Shown one piece after another: positions 10,482 through 20,646 of a stretch of 64,000 bases of DNA. Source of the DNA: Candidatus Bathyarchaeota archaeon (GTDB taxonomy: Archaea > Thermoproteota > Bathyarchaeia > TCS64); assembly GCA_963771885.1 (NCBI GenBank), contig CAVYVF010000007.1, forward strand, positions 96,001 to 160,000, given 5' to 3'. The notes below the pieces were generated by a model. The model did no database searches, had not been told where the DNA came from, and saw only the letters and a program-made list of their open reading frames with translations. A program made the position numbers and the translations under genes. The first letter of the stretch is position 1, and each line of letters starts with the position of its first letter.

Positions 10482-11150
10482 GTGGGTGTAGCCGACGCTC
10501 TTCGCGGTCTCAAGGTGAAGTATGGGCCTCTTACATCGGATAAGCGGTTCATAGCCGGCGAGATTGCACTTGTCGTCGCCCTAAACCTCCTAAGGTGGAT
10601 TGAGCCCTTCGGCACACTCATCGTAGGTTGGGCCTCTCTCTGGCTCAGGGGCATGACTTGGAGGGACGTCGGCCTCGTAAATCCGAAGAGTTGGAAAAGG
10701 ACCCTCATCATCTCGGCGGTCCTTACCGTGGTCGTCCTCGTCTTCTCGTTAGCAGTCTCCAACATCATCTACGGGTTGACAGGCGAGCTGCCCGACACGA
10801 GTGTTTTCGAAATAGTCAAGGGCAACTACTACATACTTGCCTTCCTCGTCGTCGGGGTCATCTCGTGGGCGGGTTTCCCCGAGGAGCTTGCTTACAGGGG
10901 GTACTTCTTCAACAGGCTAACAGACCTCTTCGGTGGAAATCGCCTTGGCCTCGTCCTGAGCGCCGCCGCATCCTCGGTGATCTTCGGCTGGGGCCACTGG
11001 TACGAGGGAGTCAACGCCGTGATCACGACGAGCCTCATGGCGCTCGTCTTCGTCACAATCTACCTATTCAGCAAGAAAAACATCTGGTCGATGATAATCA
11101 TACACTCGGCGTACGACGTCATCGCAATACTCCTCTACTTCTACGCCTAG
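10482..11150 (+). CDS. CPBP/Abi-family intramembrane glutamic protease
   Basis: EELAYRG, FGWGH, IIHSAYD motifs; multiple TMs. Confidence 0.85.
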   Translation: MGVADALRGLKVKYGPLTSDKRFIAGEIALVVALNLLRWIEPFGTLIVGWASLWLRGMTWRDVGLVNPKSWKRTLIISAVLTVVVLVFSLAVSNIIYGLTGELPDTSVFEIVKGNYYILAFLVVGVISWAGFPEELAYRGYFFNRLTDLFGGNRLGLVLSAAASSVIFGWGHWYEGVNAVITTSLMALVFVTIYLFSKKNIWSMIIIHSAYDVIAILLYFYA

Positions 11151-11455
11151 TGCTTCATCCAGAACCTTTCGTCGCTCATCGTCAGGAACCGTATCCCCTC
11201 GAAGAGGCCGAGCACGCCTGGTACTATAGTCCAGAAGAAGACAAGGTAGACGATGCCCTGCCAGTACTGCCTTAGGTAGAATTTATGGAAGCCCAGCAAG
11301 CCGAACATCACGGCGAGCAGCCCCGCCGTTACCCTGTCCTTGTGCTTCACGAAGAGGAGGTTGCGGGCTCCGCAGGCGGGGCAGAACCTCGTGTTGTTTG
11401 GGAAGCGGTGGCTGCAGTTGAGGCAGTAGACGAGTTCCTCACCTTCAGCCGCCAT
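11147..11455 (-). CDS. Zinc-ribbon + TM2 domain protein
   Basis: CLNC...CPACG followed by AGLLAVMFGLLGFHKFYL. Confidence 0.85.
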   Translation of the reverse strand: MAAEGEELVYCLNCSHRFPNNTRFCPACGARNLLFVKHKDRVTAGLLAVMFGLLGFHKFYLRQYWQGIVYLVFFWTIVPGVLGLFEGIRFLTMSDERFWMKH

Positions 11456-11498
11456 GGTGGTTAATCATCGTCGATTATGAATAAAGCCATCGTAGGAT

Positions 11499-12572
11499 CT
11501 AGAAGTACCTCTTCGCCCTGAGGTACTCGGCCGACTGTACGGCTCCACCGCCTGCGCCTTTGTCGAGGTTGTCGCTTGTCACGATGTAAGCGAGGCCGTT
11601 CTTGAAGACGGGGTCTTTTCTGAGTCGCCCGACGAGGGTGACTTCTCCCCCGTACTTCCTGTGGAGTTTCGGCTGGGGCATCTCAGGCTCGTCGAAGACC
11701 TTTATTGTCTTCTCGGGCATCGAGGGGAGGTTGAGCTTCTGCGCCTCACTCATATACTCCTCCAGAACCTTCTTCGCCTCCTCGGCGCTGCACGGTTTCT
11801 TCGTGTCGACGTAGACTGCCTCCGTGTGGACAGTCTGGACGTCGACGCGCGTACAAGTGGCTCCCACGACTATCCCCGCGCTTTTCACGCCGTTCCCGGA
11901 CAACTTGCCGAGTATCTTGTTCGTCTCCTTCTCCACCTTACTCTCCTCGCCATCGATGTAGGGAAGCACGTTCCTCGTTGCACTCTCCCTGTAGGGCGAG
12001 TCGATGCGTAGCCCCTTCTCGCCCGCGCCGCTGAGCGATTGCTCCGAGACGACATGGATGGCTCTGACACCAAACGAGTCAATGAGGGGCTTGAGGCTCA
12101 CGACCAGGCCCACGGTTGTGCAGTTCGGCCCTGGACAGATGAATCCCTCCCAGCCCCGCTTATTCATCTGGAACTTCAGCAGTTTGGCGTGTTTCGGGTT
12201 CACATCGGGTAGAAAGATCGGCACGTCCGGCTCATACCGGTAGGCGGACGCGGTGCTGATGACGGGTATATTCTGGGCGTATCTCTGCTCCTGAACCTTC
12301 GCTATCTCGCTCGGCAGGGCGCTGAAGGCTAGGTCGTAGTCCTCCGGAGACGCCTTATCGACGTCCAGGACCTTCATGCCTAGAACCTTATCACACGGCG
12401 TCTTCTCGAAGAATGACGCCCCTTCGATTGCCTTCTCGTATGTCATCCCCGCCGACCTGCTCGATGCAGCGACAGCTACGAGATCGAACCAGGGATGGTT
12501 CACGAGGGACTCGACGACGTTCTGACCGGCTGCGCCGGTTGCACCAATGACAATAGCACTCTTCTTTCTCAT
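11499..12572 (-). CDS. asd: Aspartate-semialdehyde dehydrogenase
   Basis: IGATGAAGQ, PNCTT catalytic Cys, QSLSGAG, TCTRV, NLDKGAGG; clustered with thr genes. Confidence 0.93.
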   Translation of the reverse strand: MRKKSAIVIGATGAAGQNVVESLVNHPWFDLVAVAASSRSAGMTYEKAIEGASFFEKTPCDKVLGMKVLDVDKASPEDYDLAFSALPSEIAKVQEQRYAQNIPVISTASAYRYEPDVPIFLPDVNPKHAKLLKFQMNKRGWEGFICPGPNCTTVGLVVSLKPLIDSFGVRAIHVVSEQSLSGAGEKGLRIDSPYRESATRNVLPYIDGEESKVEKETNKILGKLSGNGVKSAGIVVGATCTRVDVQTVHTEAVYVDTKKPCSAEEAKKVLEEYMSEAQKLNLPSMPEKTIKVFDEPEMPQPKLHRKYGGEVTLVGRLRKDPVFKNGLAYIVTSDNLDKGAGGGAVQSAEYLRAKRYF

Positions 12573-12574
12573 GT

Positions 12575-13981
12575 CTATTCACCGAAGAACTCCTTGTAGA
12601 CGGCACCGACGGCGAGGGGTATGTCGTCGTCGGCGACGCTGAACCTGATGATGTTCTCGCTGTTTGGCTGGTTTGCCTGCTCGATGTTTACCCCCTGGCC
12701 GGCTAAGGCGCCTGTCAGCCTGCTGAAGAATCCCTTGACGCCACGCATCTCGGAGCCTATGACGCTCACGGTGCCCTTGCTGCCCTCGATCTGCTTAACC
12801 TCCATGACGCTGGGCAGGCCACCGAGAGCTCTGAGGGCGAGGTCCACGTCCTGCTTCTGGACGAGGAGGCTTATCTGCGACCCGGAGAGGGAAACGTAGC
12901 GGACGTCGACGCCAGCGCCGGCGAGTGCGCCGAATATCTCAGCGTGCACCTCCGTCGGCAGCACCGACTGGGTGGGAAGAAGCCGGACTCCGTAGAGGTT
13001 CCTCTGGAAGCTCACTGCCTTTGGATGGCCGCTTCCAGAGCCTCCGTTCTCGGGCCCGATCACAGTTCCCTCACCTGGGGACCCGATACTCTTGAGCTGC
13101 AGTTTAATGCCGCCTCGCATAAGCGGGTCGAGGACTTTGAAGTGGACGACCTTCGTCCTCTCCTCGCGTAGCAGTTCGGATGCCTCGACGTAACTCATGT
13201 AGGGAATTAGGCTTGGCCTCGGCACCGCGCCGATGCGGTTTTTGACCTCCGGCTTCTCCAACTCGGAGACGAACTTTGGGTCGAGGCTCATTATGCCCCC
13301 CTCGTCCACGAACTTGACGAGCTTCTTGACCCCTAGGCAGTAGGCGAGGCAGGCAGCCGTGTCGTCGGTGCCGCCTCGCCCGAAGATGGTAATAAGGCCA
13401 GAGCCGCTGCGCCCCGCGAAGCCGGCGATGACAGGCACGACGCCCTCCTCGATGCAGGGCATTAGCTGCTCCTCCACCCTGAGCCTCGTGCGCTCAAGGT
13501 TCACGGCGGCCTCCCTGCTGTTCTCGTCGGTAACCAGCAGGTCCTCCCCGTAGAAGCATCTGCTCCTGATGCCGCGCGCCTCGAGTTGCGCTGAGATGAG
13601 GCGCATCACGAAGTTCTCGCCTCTGCTCACCGTGTAGGCGTAGACTGAGTCGCCCAACTCGCCAGAGCTGCGCACGTAGCTGAGCACGTGCTCCAGCTTC
13701 TCGAATTCCCTACGCAGGGGCTCCGCATCCACACCGGCTGGGAGGGATGAGACATGCTCCTTAAGGAGCGACTCTGTGAAGGCGTGCGGCTCGAATCCCT
13801 CAACCCTGACCTGGCTGAGGGCCTGGATGATCCTGTCGGTGACGCCTTTCATGGCGGAGACGACGCATACGGGGACCTTACCCGCGTCCAGCTCGGATTG
13901 TGCGACGTCGACTATCCTGCCGAGGTCCTCGCTGCCGCGAAGTATGGAGCCGCCTAGCTTGTATACGACGATGTCCATCAA
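12575..13981 (-). CDS. lysC: Aspartate kinase with C-terminal ACT domains
   Basis: KLGGS, VVSAMKGVTD, VSRGE, GRGGTD, SYVEASEL, two ACT-like domains. Confidence 0.88.
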   Translation of the reverse strand: MMDIVVYKLGGSILRGSEDLGRIVDVAQSELDAGKVPVCVVSAMKGVTDRIIQALSQVRVEGFEPHAFTESLLKEHVSSLPAGVDAEPLRREFEKLEHVLSYVRSSGELGDSVYAYTVSRGENFVMRLISAQLEARGIRSRCFYGEDLLVTDENSREAAVNLERTRLRVEEQLMPCIEEGVVPVIAGFAGRSGSGLITIFGRGGTDDTAACLAYCLGVKKLVKFVDEGGIMSLDPKFVSELEKPEVKNRIGAVPRPSLIPYMSYVEASELLREERTKVVHFKVLDPLMRGGIKLQLKSIGSPGEGTVIGPENGGSGSGHPKAVSFQRNLYGVRLLPTQSVLPTEVHAEIFGALAGAGVDVRYVSLSGSQISLLVQKQDVDLALRALGGLPSVMEVKQIEGSKGTVSVIGSEMRGVKGFFSRLTGALAGQGVNIEQANQPNSENIIRFSVADDDIPLAVGAVYKEFFGE

Positions 13982-13993
13982 ATCAGCTCCGGG

Positions 13994-15259
13994 TTACTTT
14001 AGTATCCTCCGGAGGGAGGTGGACACCGCCCCGTCCTCGAGGCGTGTCGGCGCGTTCGGGTGCTTCCCCGAGACGCCCTTCAGCTTGCCCGTGTGGTACC
14101 CGATAGTCGCGTCCGAGTCCTTCAATAGGTTCCCCGTAAGGATGCAGACGACATCATCGTCGGGTTTTATCACGCCCTTGGAGGCGAGCTTTCTTACGCC
14201 AGCAACGGAGGCGGCGGAGGCGGGCTCGCAGCCCACGCCACTCGCGTCGACGACGGCCTTCGCCTCCATTATCTCGGAGTCGGAGACGTAGTCGACGACA
14301 CCCTCGGTCTCCCTGATGACCCTGATCGCCTTCTCCCAGCTGACGGGGTTGCCTATCTTTATCGCGGTTGCTACGGTCTCGGGCTTCACCGACTCTAGGC
14401 TCGATGCGCCGCTCTCCCACATCTTGTAGAAAGGCGATGCACCTTCAGCCTGTATCGAAGCGATGCGCGGCACCTTCTCTATCCAGCCGAGCTCGACGAG
14501 CTCTAGTAGCGCCTTGCCGAAGGCCGAGGTATTGCCGAGATTCCCCGCGGGGACGACCACCCAGTCGGGTGACTCCCAGCCGCGCTGGTGGAGGAGCTCA
14601 AACATTATGCTCTTCTGCCCCTCGACGCGCCACGGGTTTATCGAGTTGAGTAGGTAGAGGCCGAGCTCCCGGCTCGCCTCCTGAACGATCCTCATCGCGT
14701 CGTCGAAGCTGCCGGGGACCTGCACGACCTTCGAGCCGTAAGCCATCGCCTGGCTGAGCTTTCCGTAGCTTATCTCCCCCTCGGGAATGAAGACGACTCC
14801 CTTAAGCCCCGCCTGCGCGGCGTAGGCTGCCATGGAGGCGCTCGTGTTGCCCGTAGAGGCGCAGGCGACCGCCTTTGCTCCTTGTCTGACGGCCTCGGAG
14901 ACTGCAACGGTCATCCCCCTGTCCTTGAAGCTGCCGGTGGGATTCTCCCCCTCGTGTTTCATGGCGAGGTTAGCCACACCGGCGAACTCGGACACTGATT
15001 TGCGGGTGTAGACGTTCGTGTTTCCCTCGGGGCGGGTGACTATCATGTTCTGGGCCAGCCCTGGGTGTATGAGCTCCTTGTAGCGCCATACGCCGCTGCT
15101 GTAGGGCACGCCCATCGGGCAGAGGCGGCTATCAACTACGCTCCTGTCCCACTTGATCGGCTCGTGGACGACCTCGAGGAGGCCGCCACACTCGCACCTG
15201 AAGACGCTACCGGGCTCGTATTCCCTGCTGCAACGTATGCATCTGAACTTGGAGGGCAT
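13994..15259 (-). CDS. thrC: Threonine synthase
   Basis: N-terminal Zn-ribbon, ENPTGSFKDRG, CASTGNTSAS, PAGNLGN, EPASAAS, LTGNLLKD. Confidence 0.95.
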   Translation of the reverse strand: MPSKFRCIRCSREYEPGSVFRCECGGLLEVVHEPIKWDRSVVDSRLCPMGVPYSSGVWRYKELIHPGLAQNMIVTRPEGNTNVYTRKSVSEFAGVANLAMKHEGENPTGSFKDRGMTVAVSEAVRQGAKAVACASTGNTSASMAAYAAQAGLKGVVFIPEGEISYGKLSQAMAYGSKVVQVPGSFDDAMRIVQEASRELGLYLLNSINPWRVEGQKSIMFELLHQRGWESPDWVVVPAGNLGNTSAFGKALLELVELGWIEKVPRIASIQAEGASPFYKMWESGASSLESVKPETVATAIKIGNPVSWEKAIRVIRETEGVVDYVSDSEIMEAKAVVDASGVGCEPASAASVAGVRKLASKGVIKPDDDVVCILTGNLLKDSDATIGYHTGKLKGVSGKHPNAPTRLEDGAVSTSLRRILK

Positions 15260-16173
15260 TAGACCAGCCTCGCGCCGAAGTTGCTTGGTTTGGTAAGGTA
15301 GACCTGGGACTTGGTGTCACCGAAGGCCTCGACCATAGCTTTGCCTATCTCCACCGGGTTCTCCCCGACGGCGAAGACGCTAGGCCCGCCCCCTGAGATC
15401 GAGCAACCGTAGGCACCGGCTTGAAGTGCCGCCAGCTTCACGAGGTGGAAGTTGGGTATCATGCTCGCTCTGTGTGGCTCGATCATGCTGTCGCATATGC
15501 TTTTACCAAAGAGAATTGGGTCCTTCATCGCGACTGCGGCAGCCATGCGAGCCGCGAAGCCGATGTTGCGCACCGCGTCCTTAAGGACGACCGTCTTCGG
15601 CAGGAGCTCGCGGGCCATCTTCGTCTTGTTTGCGTACTTCACTTCCGGTACGACGACGACGAAGCCGATCTCCGGGGTCTCCATCCTGACGATGTCGTAT
15701 CCGTCGCCGACGAGTATGAAGCCGCCGAAGAGGCTAGCCGAGACGTTGTCGGCGTGCGCACTGCCTGCGACAGCCGCCTCGCCTTGGGCCGCTAGCTTCA
15801 CAAGCTCCCTCTGGGGGAGCATATAACCCATCAGCTTCTGAGCGGCTACTGCAGCCGCGGCGGCGGATGCCCCGGAGGAACCCATACCCGTGCCGGGGGG
15901 TATCCCCTTCTCGATCTCCATCTCGACGCCCACGGAGTCGCCGATCCTGTCGAGCGCCGCGTTCATAACGGCTCCGGCGCTGTTGAGCTGCGCCTTTACT
16001 GGAATCTGGTCCGCCTCGAATCCCTTAACCTTCACACGGACACCCGGCTCAGAGACCCTTCTGACCTTGACATAGTCGCCTAGGCCATCGAGGGCGATTC
16101 CGAAAACATCGAATCCGGGTCCGAGGTTAGCGATAGAAGCGGGAGCGTAAACTTTAATCTGTTTGATGGTCAC
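15259..16173 (-). CDS. thrB: Homoserine kinase
   Basis: APASIANLGPGFD, PPGTGMGSSGAS, HADNV, ISGGGPS. Confidence 0.95.
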   Translation of the reverse strand: MTIKQIKVYAPASIANLGPGFDVFGIALDGLGDYVKVRRVSEPGVRVKVKGFEADQIPVKAQLNSAGAVMNAALDRIGDSVGVEMEIEKGIPPGTGMGSSGASAAAAAVAAQKLMGYMLPQRELVKLAAQGEAAVAGSAHADNVSASLFGGFILVGDGYDIVRMETPEIGFVVVVPEVKYANKTKMARELLPKTVVLKDAVRNIGFAARMAAAVAMKDPILFGKSICDSMIEPHRASMIPNFHLVKLAALQAGAYGCSISGGGPSVFAVGENPVEIGKAMVEAFGDTKSQVYLTKPSNFGARLV

Positions 16174-16217
16174 CCATCACTCTTACACCTGGACAGCACA
16201 TTGGACGTGGCTCACCC

Positions 16218-16234
16218 TTTTTAACCTTTACGGG
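16218..16234 (-). promoter_or_regulatory. Putative BRE/TATA promoter of the thr operon
   Basis: Minus strand CCCGTAAAG-GTTAAAAA ~45 nt upstream of thrB; the same CCCGTAAAG precedes the tRNA TATA box. Confidence 0.5.
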
Positions 16235-16332
16235 ATATGCTCGGGTTACACACTGACGCGCCTTGGCCCGGGTGACCTGCCCACCAACGTTTTTAAGCCC
16301 CCTCGTACCCACACAGATGAAGGTGCAAGATT

Positions 16333-16554
16333 TTGGAGAAGGCAGAAGTACAGAAGGCACTCAACGATGTGCGCCCACAGCTCCAGATGGACGGCGGAGA
16401 CGTAGAGCTAGTAGACATAGTTGACGGCGTCGTCAAGGTTAAGCTCAAGGGCCACTGCGCAGGCTGCCCCATGAGCCAGATGACTATCAAGTGGGGCGTA
16501 GAGCAGTACCTAAAGAAGAAGGTCCCCGGCGTCAAGGCCGTCGAATCCGTATAG
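16333..16554 (+). CDS. NifU/NfuA C-terminal domain Fe-S carrier
   Basis: VRPQLQMDGGDVEL, GHCAGCPMSQMT. Confidence 0.92.
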   Translation: MEKAEVQKALNDVRPQLQMDGGDVELVDIVDGVVKVKLKGHCAGCPMSQMTIKWGVEQYLKKKVPGVKAVESV

Positions 16555-16573
16555 AAGGGAGTAAACCAAAACG

Positions 16574-17035
16574 ATAGCAAGTGACCTGGAATCCTGCAAG
16601 GACTACGGGGACATCTTCGCCCTCGTGAAGCGGAGCGTAAAGAAGACCCTAGGTCTGCATAGAGTCGGTTTGATGTTGCTTCTCGGTAACCTACCCATGA
16701 ACGTTGGGGCTTTTCACCCGATGGGGACAAACGAGATTGTTCTCAACAGGCGCCTCATCAAGGGGAAGACCGGTATGAGCGAGCGCAGTCACGTCTATGC
16801 TATACTGCTGCACGAGTACCTGCACAGCCTAGGGTACGAGGACGAGGCGCACGTCAGGAAGATGACCTACAAGGTATGCCTCGAGACCTTCGGCAGGGGC
16901 AGTCCGGTAGTCGATGCCGCCCTTACGGGGCCGTGGGCTGATCTTACAGAGGAAGATTTTGAGCAGATCGAGCCCGAGCTTAACCTCGAGTTAGTAAGAA
17001 ACTTCGAGAGACCCGATAGCGGCTACATCATCTAG
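16574..17035 (+). CDS. Conserved archaeal HExxH (zincin-like) protein
   Basis: LLHEYLHSLG; frame open from 16565, first canonical start GTG 16625; start uncertain. Confidence 0.7.
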   Translation: MASDLESCKDYGDIFALVKRSVKKTLGLHRVGLMLLLGNLPMNVGAFHPMGTNEIVLNRRLIKGKTGMSERSHVYAILLHEYLHSLGYEDEAHVRKMTYKVCLETFGRGSPVVDAALTGPWADLTEEDFEQIEPELNLELVRNFERPDSGYII

Positions 17036-17104
17036 CCGTCTAAACCTCTTTTATAGGCACTTTAAGCGTTTCAGCTTTTGTCGAATCCCATAGGGTAGTT
17101 GAAG

Positions 17105-17129
17105 ACCGTGTCGTGTGCGCTGACACGGT
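17105..17129. terminator. Perfect 8-bp hairpin between convergent genes
   Basis: ACCGTGTC-gtgtgcgct-GACACGGT. Confidence 0.4.
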
Positions 17130-17183
17130 TACTCGGATACAAATTATATACCAAAAAGCGATTTTCGGAATCTTAAATTTTGA

Positions 17184-17633
17184 TCAAACCGGCACACTTA
17201 CAACTTTCGAGTCTATCACCCACACGCCCTCATCATGCAATAATTCATATGTTACAAACATATTCCAACCCTTATAATGACTGTTTAAAGATGTAGAAAT
17301 ACTAACGCGACAGCCTTCACCCCAGCCTCTGATTGATGCATAATCGAATTGAATCGCATAAATCGAGACCGATGTATCCCACGAACTAAGCTCATCCATA
17401 GTAATAAGCACCAGCGGAACACCGCTTACTGATTGAGGCAGGGTTAAACCAGTTATCTGCGGAGAGGATACAACCAGAAGACTTCCCTCAACTGGGTCGT
17501 CCCTCATCCTGTCTTCAAGTACAACCCTGATAGCTTCTGATTTGTTCACAATATTCAAATTATAGTCGAAAATAGCGATAGCGATAATTATGATGGCGAG
17601 GATGGCGGCTATGGACAGAATTGCCCGCCTCAT
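17184..17633 (-). CDS. Hypothetical membrane-anchored protein
   Basis: N-terminal MRR + hydrophobic helix; AT-richer codon usage. Confidence 0.6.
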   Translation of the reverse strand: MRRAILSIAAILAIIIIAIAIFDYNLNIVNKSEAIRVVLEDRMRDDPVEGSLLVVSSPQITGLTLPQSVSGVPLVLITMDELSSWDTSVSIYAIQFDYASIRGWGEGCRVSISTSLNSHYKGWNMFVTYELLHDEGVWVIDSKVVSVPV

Positions 17634-17706
17634 GTATCAGAATGAACTGAAGCCGGTGTATAATACTTCCCCTCATAGTTTAGCCAAAAAAACCAACGCA
17701 TTTCCT

Positions 17707-18291
17707 TCATCTTACCATGTTACGCACTCGTATTAGGAAAGGTGTCAGTGGCTCGCTCCTAATCGACAACTCAGACGAGTTCTGAGGATTCAAAGACGCA
17801 ACCGTGTAGACTCTTTCCTCATAGACCACGTATCTCGTATACTCGCCCCCGAGGCTGTAAACCACACCCGGACCCGGCTTCTGCTCATAATGCAGAGTTA
17901 CGAAGAACACACACTCATCCCCCGGCTGAACCACGGGGTTCCCCGCCTCACCTACTATTTGCAGGATAAGGATGAACTCGGAGCTAGTATCAACCGCCTT
18001 CAGGTAAGAGTGGACTTTAACCTCAAACACCGCACCATCAAGCAGGAGCCCTGACGGGGGCTCGGTCCGCCGAGTTACGATCCCATGTATTATTACGTCG
18101 GAATAATCGACGAGGTTGGGGAGGTCGCGTGGAATTGCCCACCATATTTGCTTTGAGTTGCTTTCTTTAAATCTGTCCGAGTAGGATGCGATTAGGGAAG
18201 AAGGATCAACATTCGGAGTAGCGTTAAGGGTGGCAATGATTGATATCACGATTAGAGCTACGGCTGATATGAGGTAGAGACGTCTTGGCAT
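17707..18291 (-). CDS. Hypothetical membrane-anchored/secreted protein
   Basis: N-terminal signal/anchor; LVDYSDVIIHGIV...GDECVFF beta-rich pattern. Confidence 0.65.
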   Translation of the reverse strand: MPRRLYLISAVALIVISIIATLNATPNVDPSSLIASYSDRFKESNSKQIWWAIPRDLPNLVDYSDVIIHGIVTRRTEPPSGLLLDGAVFEVKVHSYLKAVDTSSEFILILQIVGEAGNPVVQPGDECVFFVTLHYEQKPGPGVVYSLGGEYTRYVVYEERVYTVASLNPQNSSELSIRSEPLTPFLIRVRNMVR

Positions 18292-18384
18292 CTAATCGGT
18301 TGTAGGGGGATGTTGGTTAAGGTATTTGCCATACTGAGAAATGGCGCCATTTCTATTAGGGACCTAGCAAAGTAGGTGTGTGTT

Positions 18385-19713
18385 TTACTTCACGATATTC
18401 CAGTTCATCCTATCTGTATCGGGCTCATAGAAACCCGCATAGTGCCTAGAGTCCTCAGAGTAGAACCAGACATCCATCGGAAGCGAAGCTCTATCACCAT
18501 TCCGATCAAGCCTACACCAACCACTAGCCCCATAGAGCCTACCACACACATCCGAAAATACGCCGTTAACCACCGAGGCGTTACCTGACCGAGTCTCCAA
18601 CACCGAGACAGCTATCGCCCAAGCGCTATCATACAGGAAGGCATCCTGTTCATCAATGGAGGTATACCTAGCTTTCAGACCCTCATAATGCGACGACCTG
18701 AAGGGCCTGGCAGCCGGAGTGAAAATCTTCAAGTGGTTTGCTTGGGGATTACCGAGGAACCCATCCATCTTTAGCCCAACGTGACTGTATCCGCTGAACA
18801 ACACGCAGTCGTAGAGAGGCAGGTAGTTCGCCATCTCTGTGACAATCGCCACATCCTCACCATAGGCTAGGAGCAGGATAGCTACTTGGTCGCCATCCGG
18901 ATTCAGCAGCTTGGCTGCCTCTGCCTGACGATTTGCGGATTGAAGGTAGCCGGAGAAGTCCGTCTCTTCGGCGGGGTAGCGGATCGCTTGCCCTGCGAGT
19001 GCGCCGCCCTTCGCATTCCAAGCGGTCTCAAACTGCTGAGCGACTCCGTCGCCCCACGAGTCGCCGCGTTGAATGATTATTACGGTCTTTACGCCGTAGC
19101 TCCACATGATACTGGCGAGTTGGCTTGGCAGCGTCGAGTCGGGTGGGTTCATGCGGTAAAGGCGATCATTCGGGATCGCTAGCCCATATGGGCTTGTGGA
19201 TGTTGTGCCAACTAGGAGCATGTTACGATCGTCGACATAGTTCTGGATTGTGCTCAGCATCGAGGACCAGCCCCCGCTTATGACGAGGTCTACTCCCTCC
19301 TTCTTCAACTCCTGAATCTTCGTCAGGTGTTCGCCGGGTTGTGTGCTTACTACGTCCGGGATTACGAATTGGAATGTGACGTTGTATCCCAGTTTACTCG
19401 CGTATGCGTTCAAGTCGGGTTGAACTATTTCGTTGATGAATGGTGTCGTTAGTTCTCTATCGGTCAGGGATGAGGCTAGGTATCCTATCTTTACTGTGCC
19501 TAGGTTGGAGGCGTTATGGAGGGCTCTGTCAAGTATCTGGTTCTGTCGTGTGACGTTGGCGTTGAGGTTGATCTGTTCCTGAAGTTGGGGTTCTAATGTT
19601 TTTCGTGAGTTGTCGTAGCCCGTCTGATATCCGAAGTATAGACCTCCTGCTATTGATACGGCTATTAGGATGATTATTACTCCGAATACAGTCGTTTTTA
19701 CTTGATTCATCAA
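18385..19713 (-). CDS. Type 1 periplasmic binding protein (LivK/branched-chain amino acid-like), membrane-anchored
   Basis: N-terminal TM, short coiled coil, VKIGYL, STSP..LAIPNDRLYRM, RGDSWGDG, YDSAW, GASGWCRLDRNGDR. Confidence 0.85.
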   Translation of the reverse strand: MMNQVKTTVFGVIIILIAVSIAGGLYFGYQTGYDNSRKTLEPQLQEQINLNANVTRQNQILDRALHNASNLGTVKIGYLASSLTDRELTTPFINEIVQPDLNAYASKLGYNVTFQFVIPDVVSTQPGEHLTKIQELKKEGVDLVISGGWSSMLSTIQNYVDDRNMLLVGTTSTSPYGLAIPNDRLYRMNPPDSTLPSQLASIMWSYGVKTVIIIQRGDSWGDGVAQQFETAWNAKGGALAGQAIRYPAEETDFSGYLQSANRQAEAAKLLNPDGDQVAILLLAYGEDVAIVTEMANYLPLYDCVLFSGYSHVGLKMDGFLGNPQANHLKIFTPAARPFRSSHYEGLKARYTSIDEQDAFLYDSAWAIAVSVLETRSGNASVVNGVFSDVCGRLYGASGWCRLDRNGDRASLPMDVWFYSEDSRHYAGFYEPDTDRMNWNIVK

Positions 19714-20106
19714 CTCACCAATGGGATCAAGTTTAACCGGGAAGGGGTATAACGTTTTTTGAAAAAGAAATTATACAAACGGGTAAAACATTGTCATTGG
19801 TTTGGCTTGATAGTTGTCGGCGCGTATGCGTCTAGTTCATTTTATATCAAGAAATGCCCCCATATGTGTTTGGGGTTATTGAATATTTAATGAAGAGAGT
19901 GTCAACATAGAAGTCATGGGTGTGAGGGAACTGGTCTTCAGGTCAGATTCCCGTTGGGAAAATTTACTGAAAAAGGGTAGCTTTGAGGGCGGCATCTTTC
20001 TAAGGCTAGACGTGAATCCAGTCAATGTCAGGGAGTATCCATTTTATTCCCGATAAAGTAGACAAGTAAATCTAACCTTTTTAACAGCAGCAACGTAGGG
20101 ATACCT

Positions 20107-20646
20107 ATGGTTGACAGAGTCAAGGTTGACACGTTCAAGTATGTACGCGAGATGAACATGCTCCTAAAGGACGGTGGATTACTCCTCGTCGCCGAGGGAA
20201 AGGATGGAAAGCCGAACGCGATGACGATCGGCTGGGGATTCCTCGGCACCATGTGGTCAAAGCCCGTCTTCATCACAGCCGTGCGCCACAGCAGGCACAC
20301 TTACAAGCTGATGGAGGAGGCGAAGAGCTGGACCATCTGTATACCCGCTAAGGGGATGGAGGCGGCGCTTACATTCTGCGGGACCAAGTCGGGCAGAGAC
20401 GTCGACAAGTTCAAGGAGTGCAAGTTCACCGCCAAGAAGGGAGATGTAGGCGCCCCCTACATCGAGGAGTGCCCCATACACATCGAGTGCACAACCGTCT
20501 TCAAGACGGACATGAAGCCCGGTCAGCTCGAGGGCGGCATGGAGAAGGAGCTCTATAAGACGAAGGACTTCCACATGCTCTACTTCGGCGAGGTCAAGGG
20601 CGTCTACGCCGTCAAGGACGCCGAAAAGAAGCTCAAGGTGGCGTAG
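20107..20646 (+). CDS. Flavin reductase-like (flavoredoxin) protein
   Basis: PNAMTIGW, VRHSRHT, CGTKSGRDVDK, PYIEECPIHIEC, HMLYFGEV. Confidence 0.9.
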   Translation: MVDRVKVDTFKYVREMNMLLKDGGLLLVAEGKDGKPNAMTIGWGFLGTMWSKPVFITAVRHSRHTYKLMEEAKSWTICIPAKGMEAALTFCGTKSGRDVDKFKECKFTAKKGDVGAPYIEECPIHIECTTVFKTDMKPGQLEGGMEKELYKTKDFHMLYFGEVKGVYAVKDAEKKLKVA

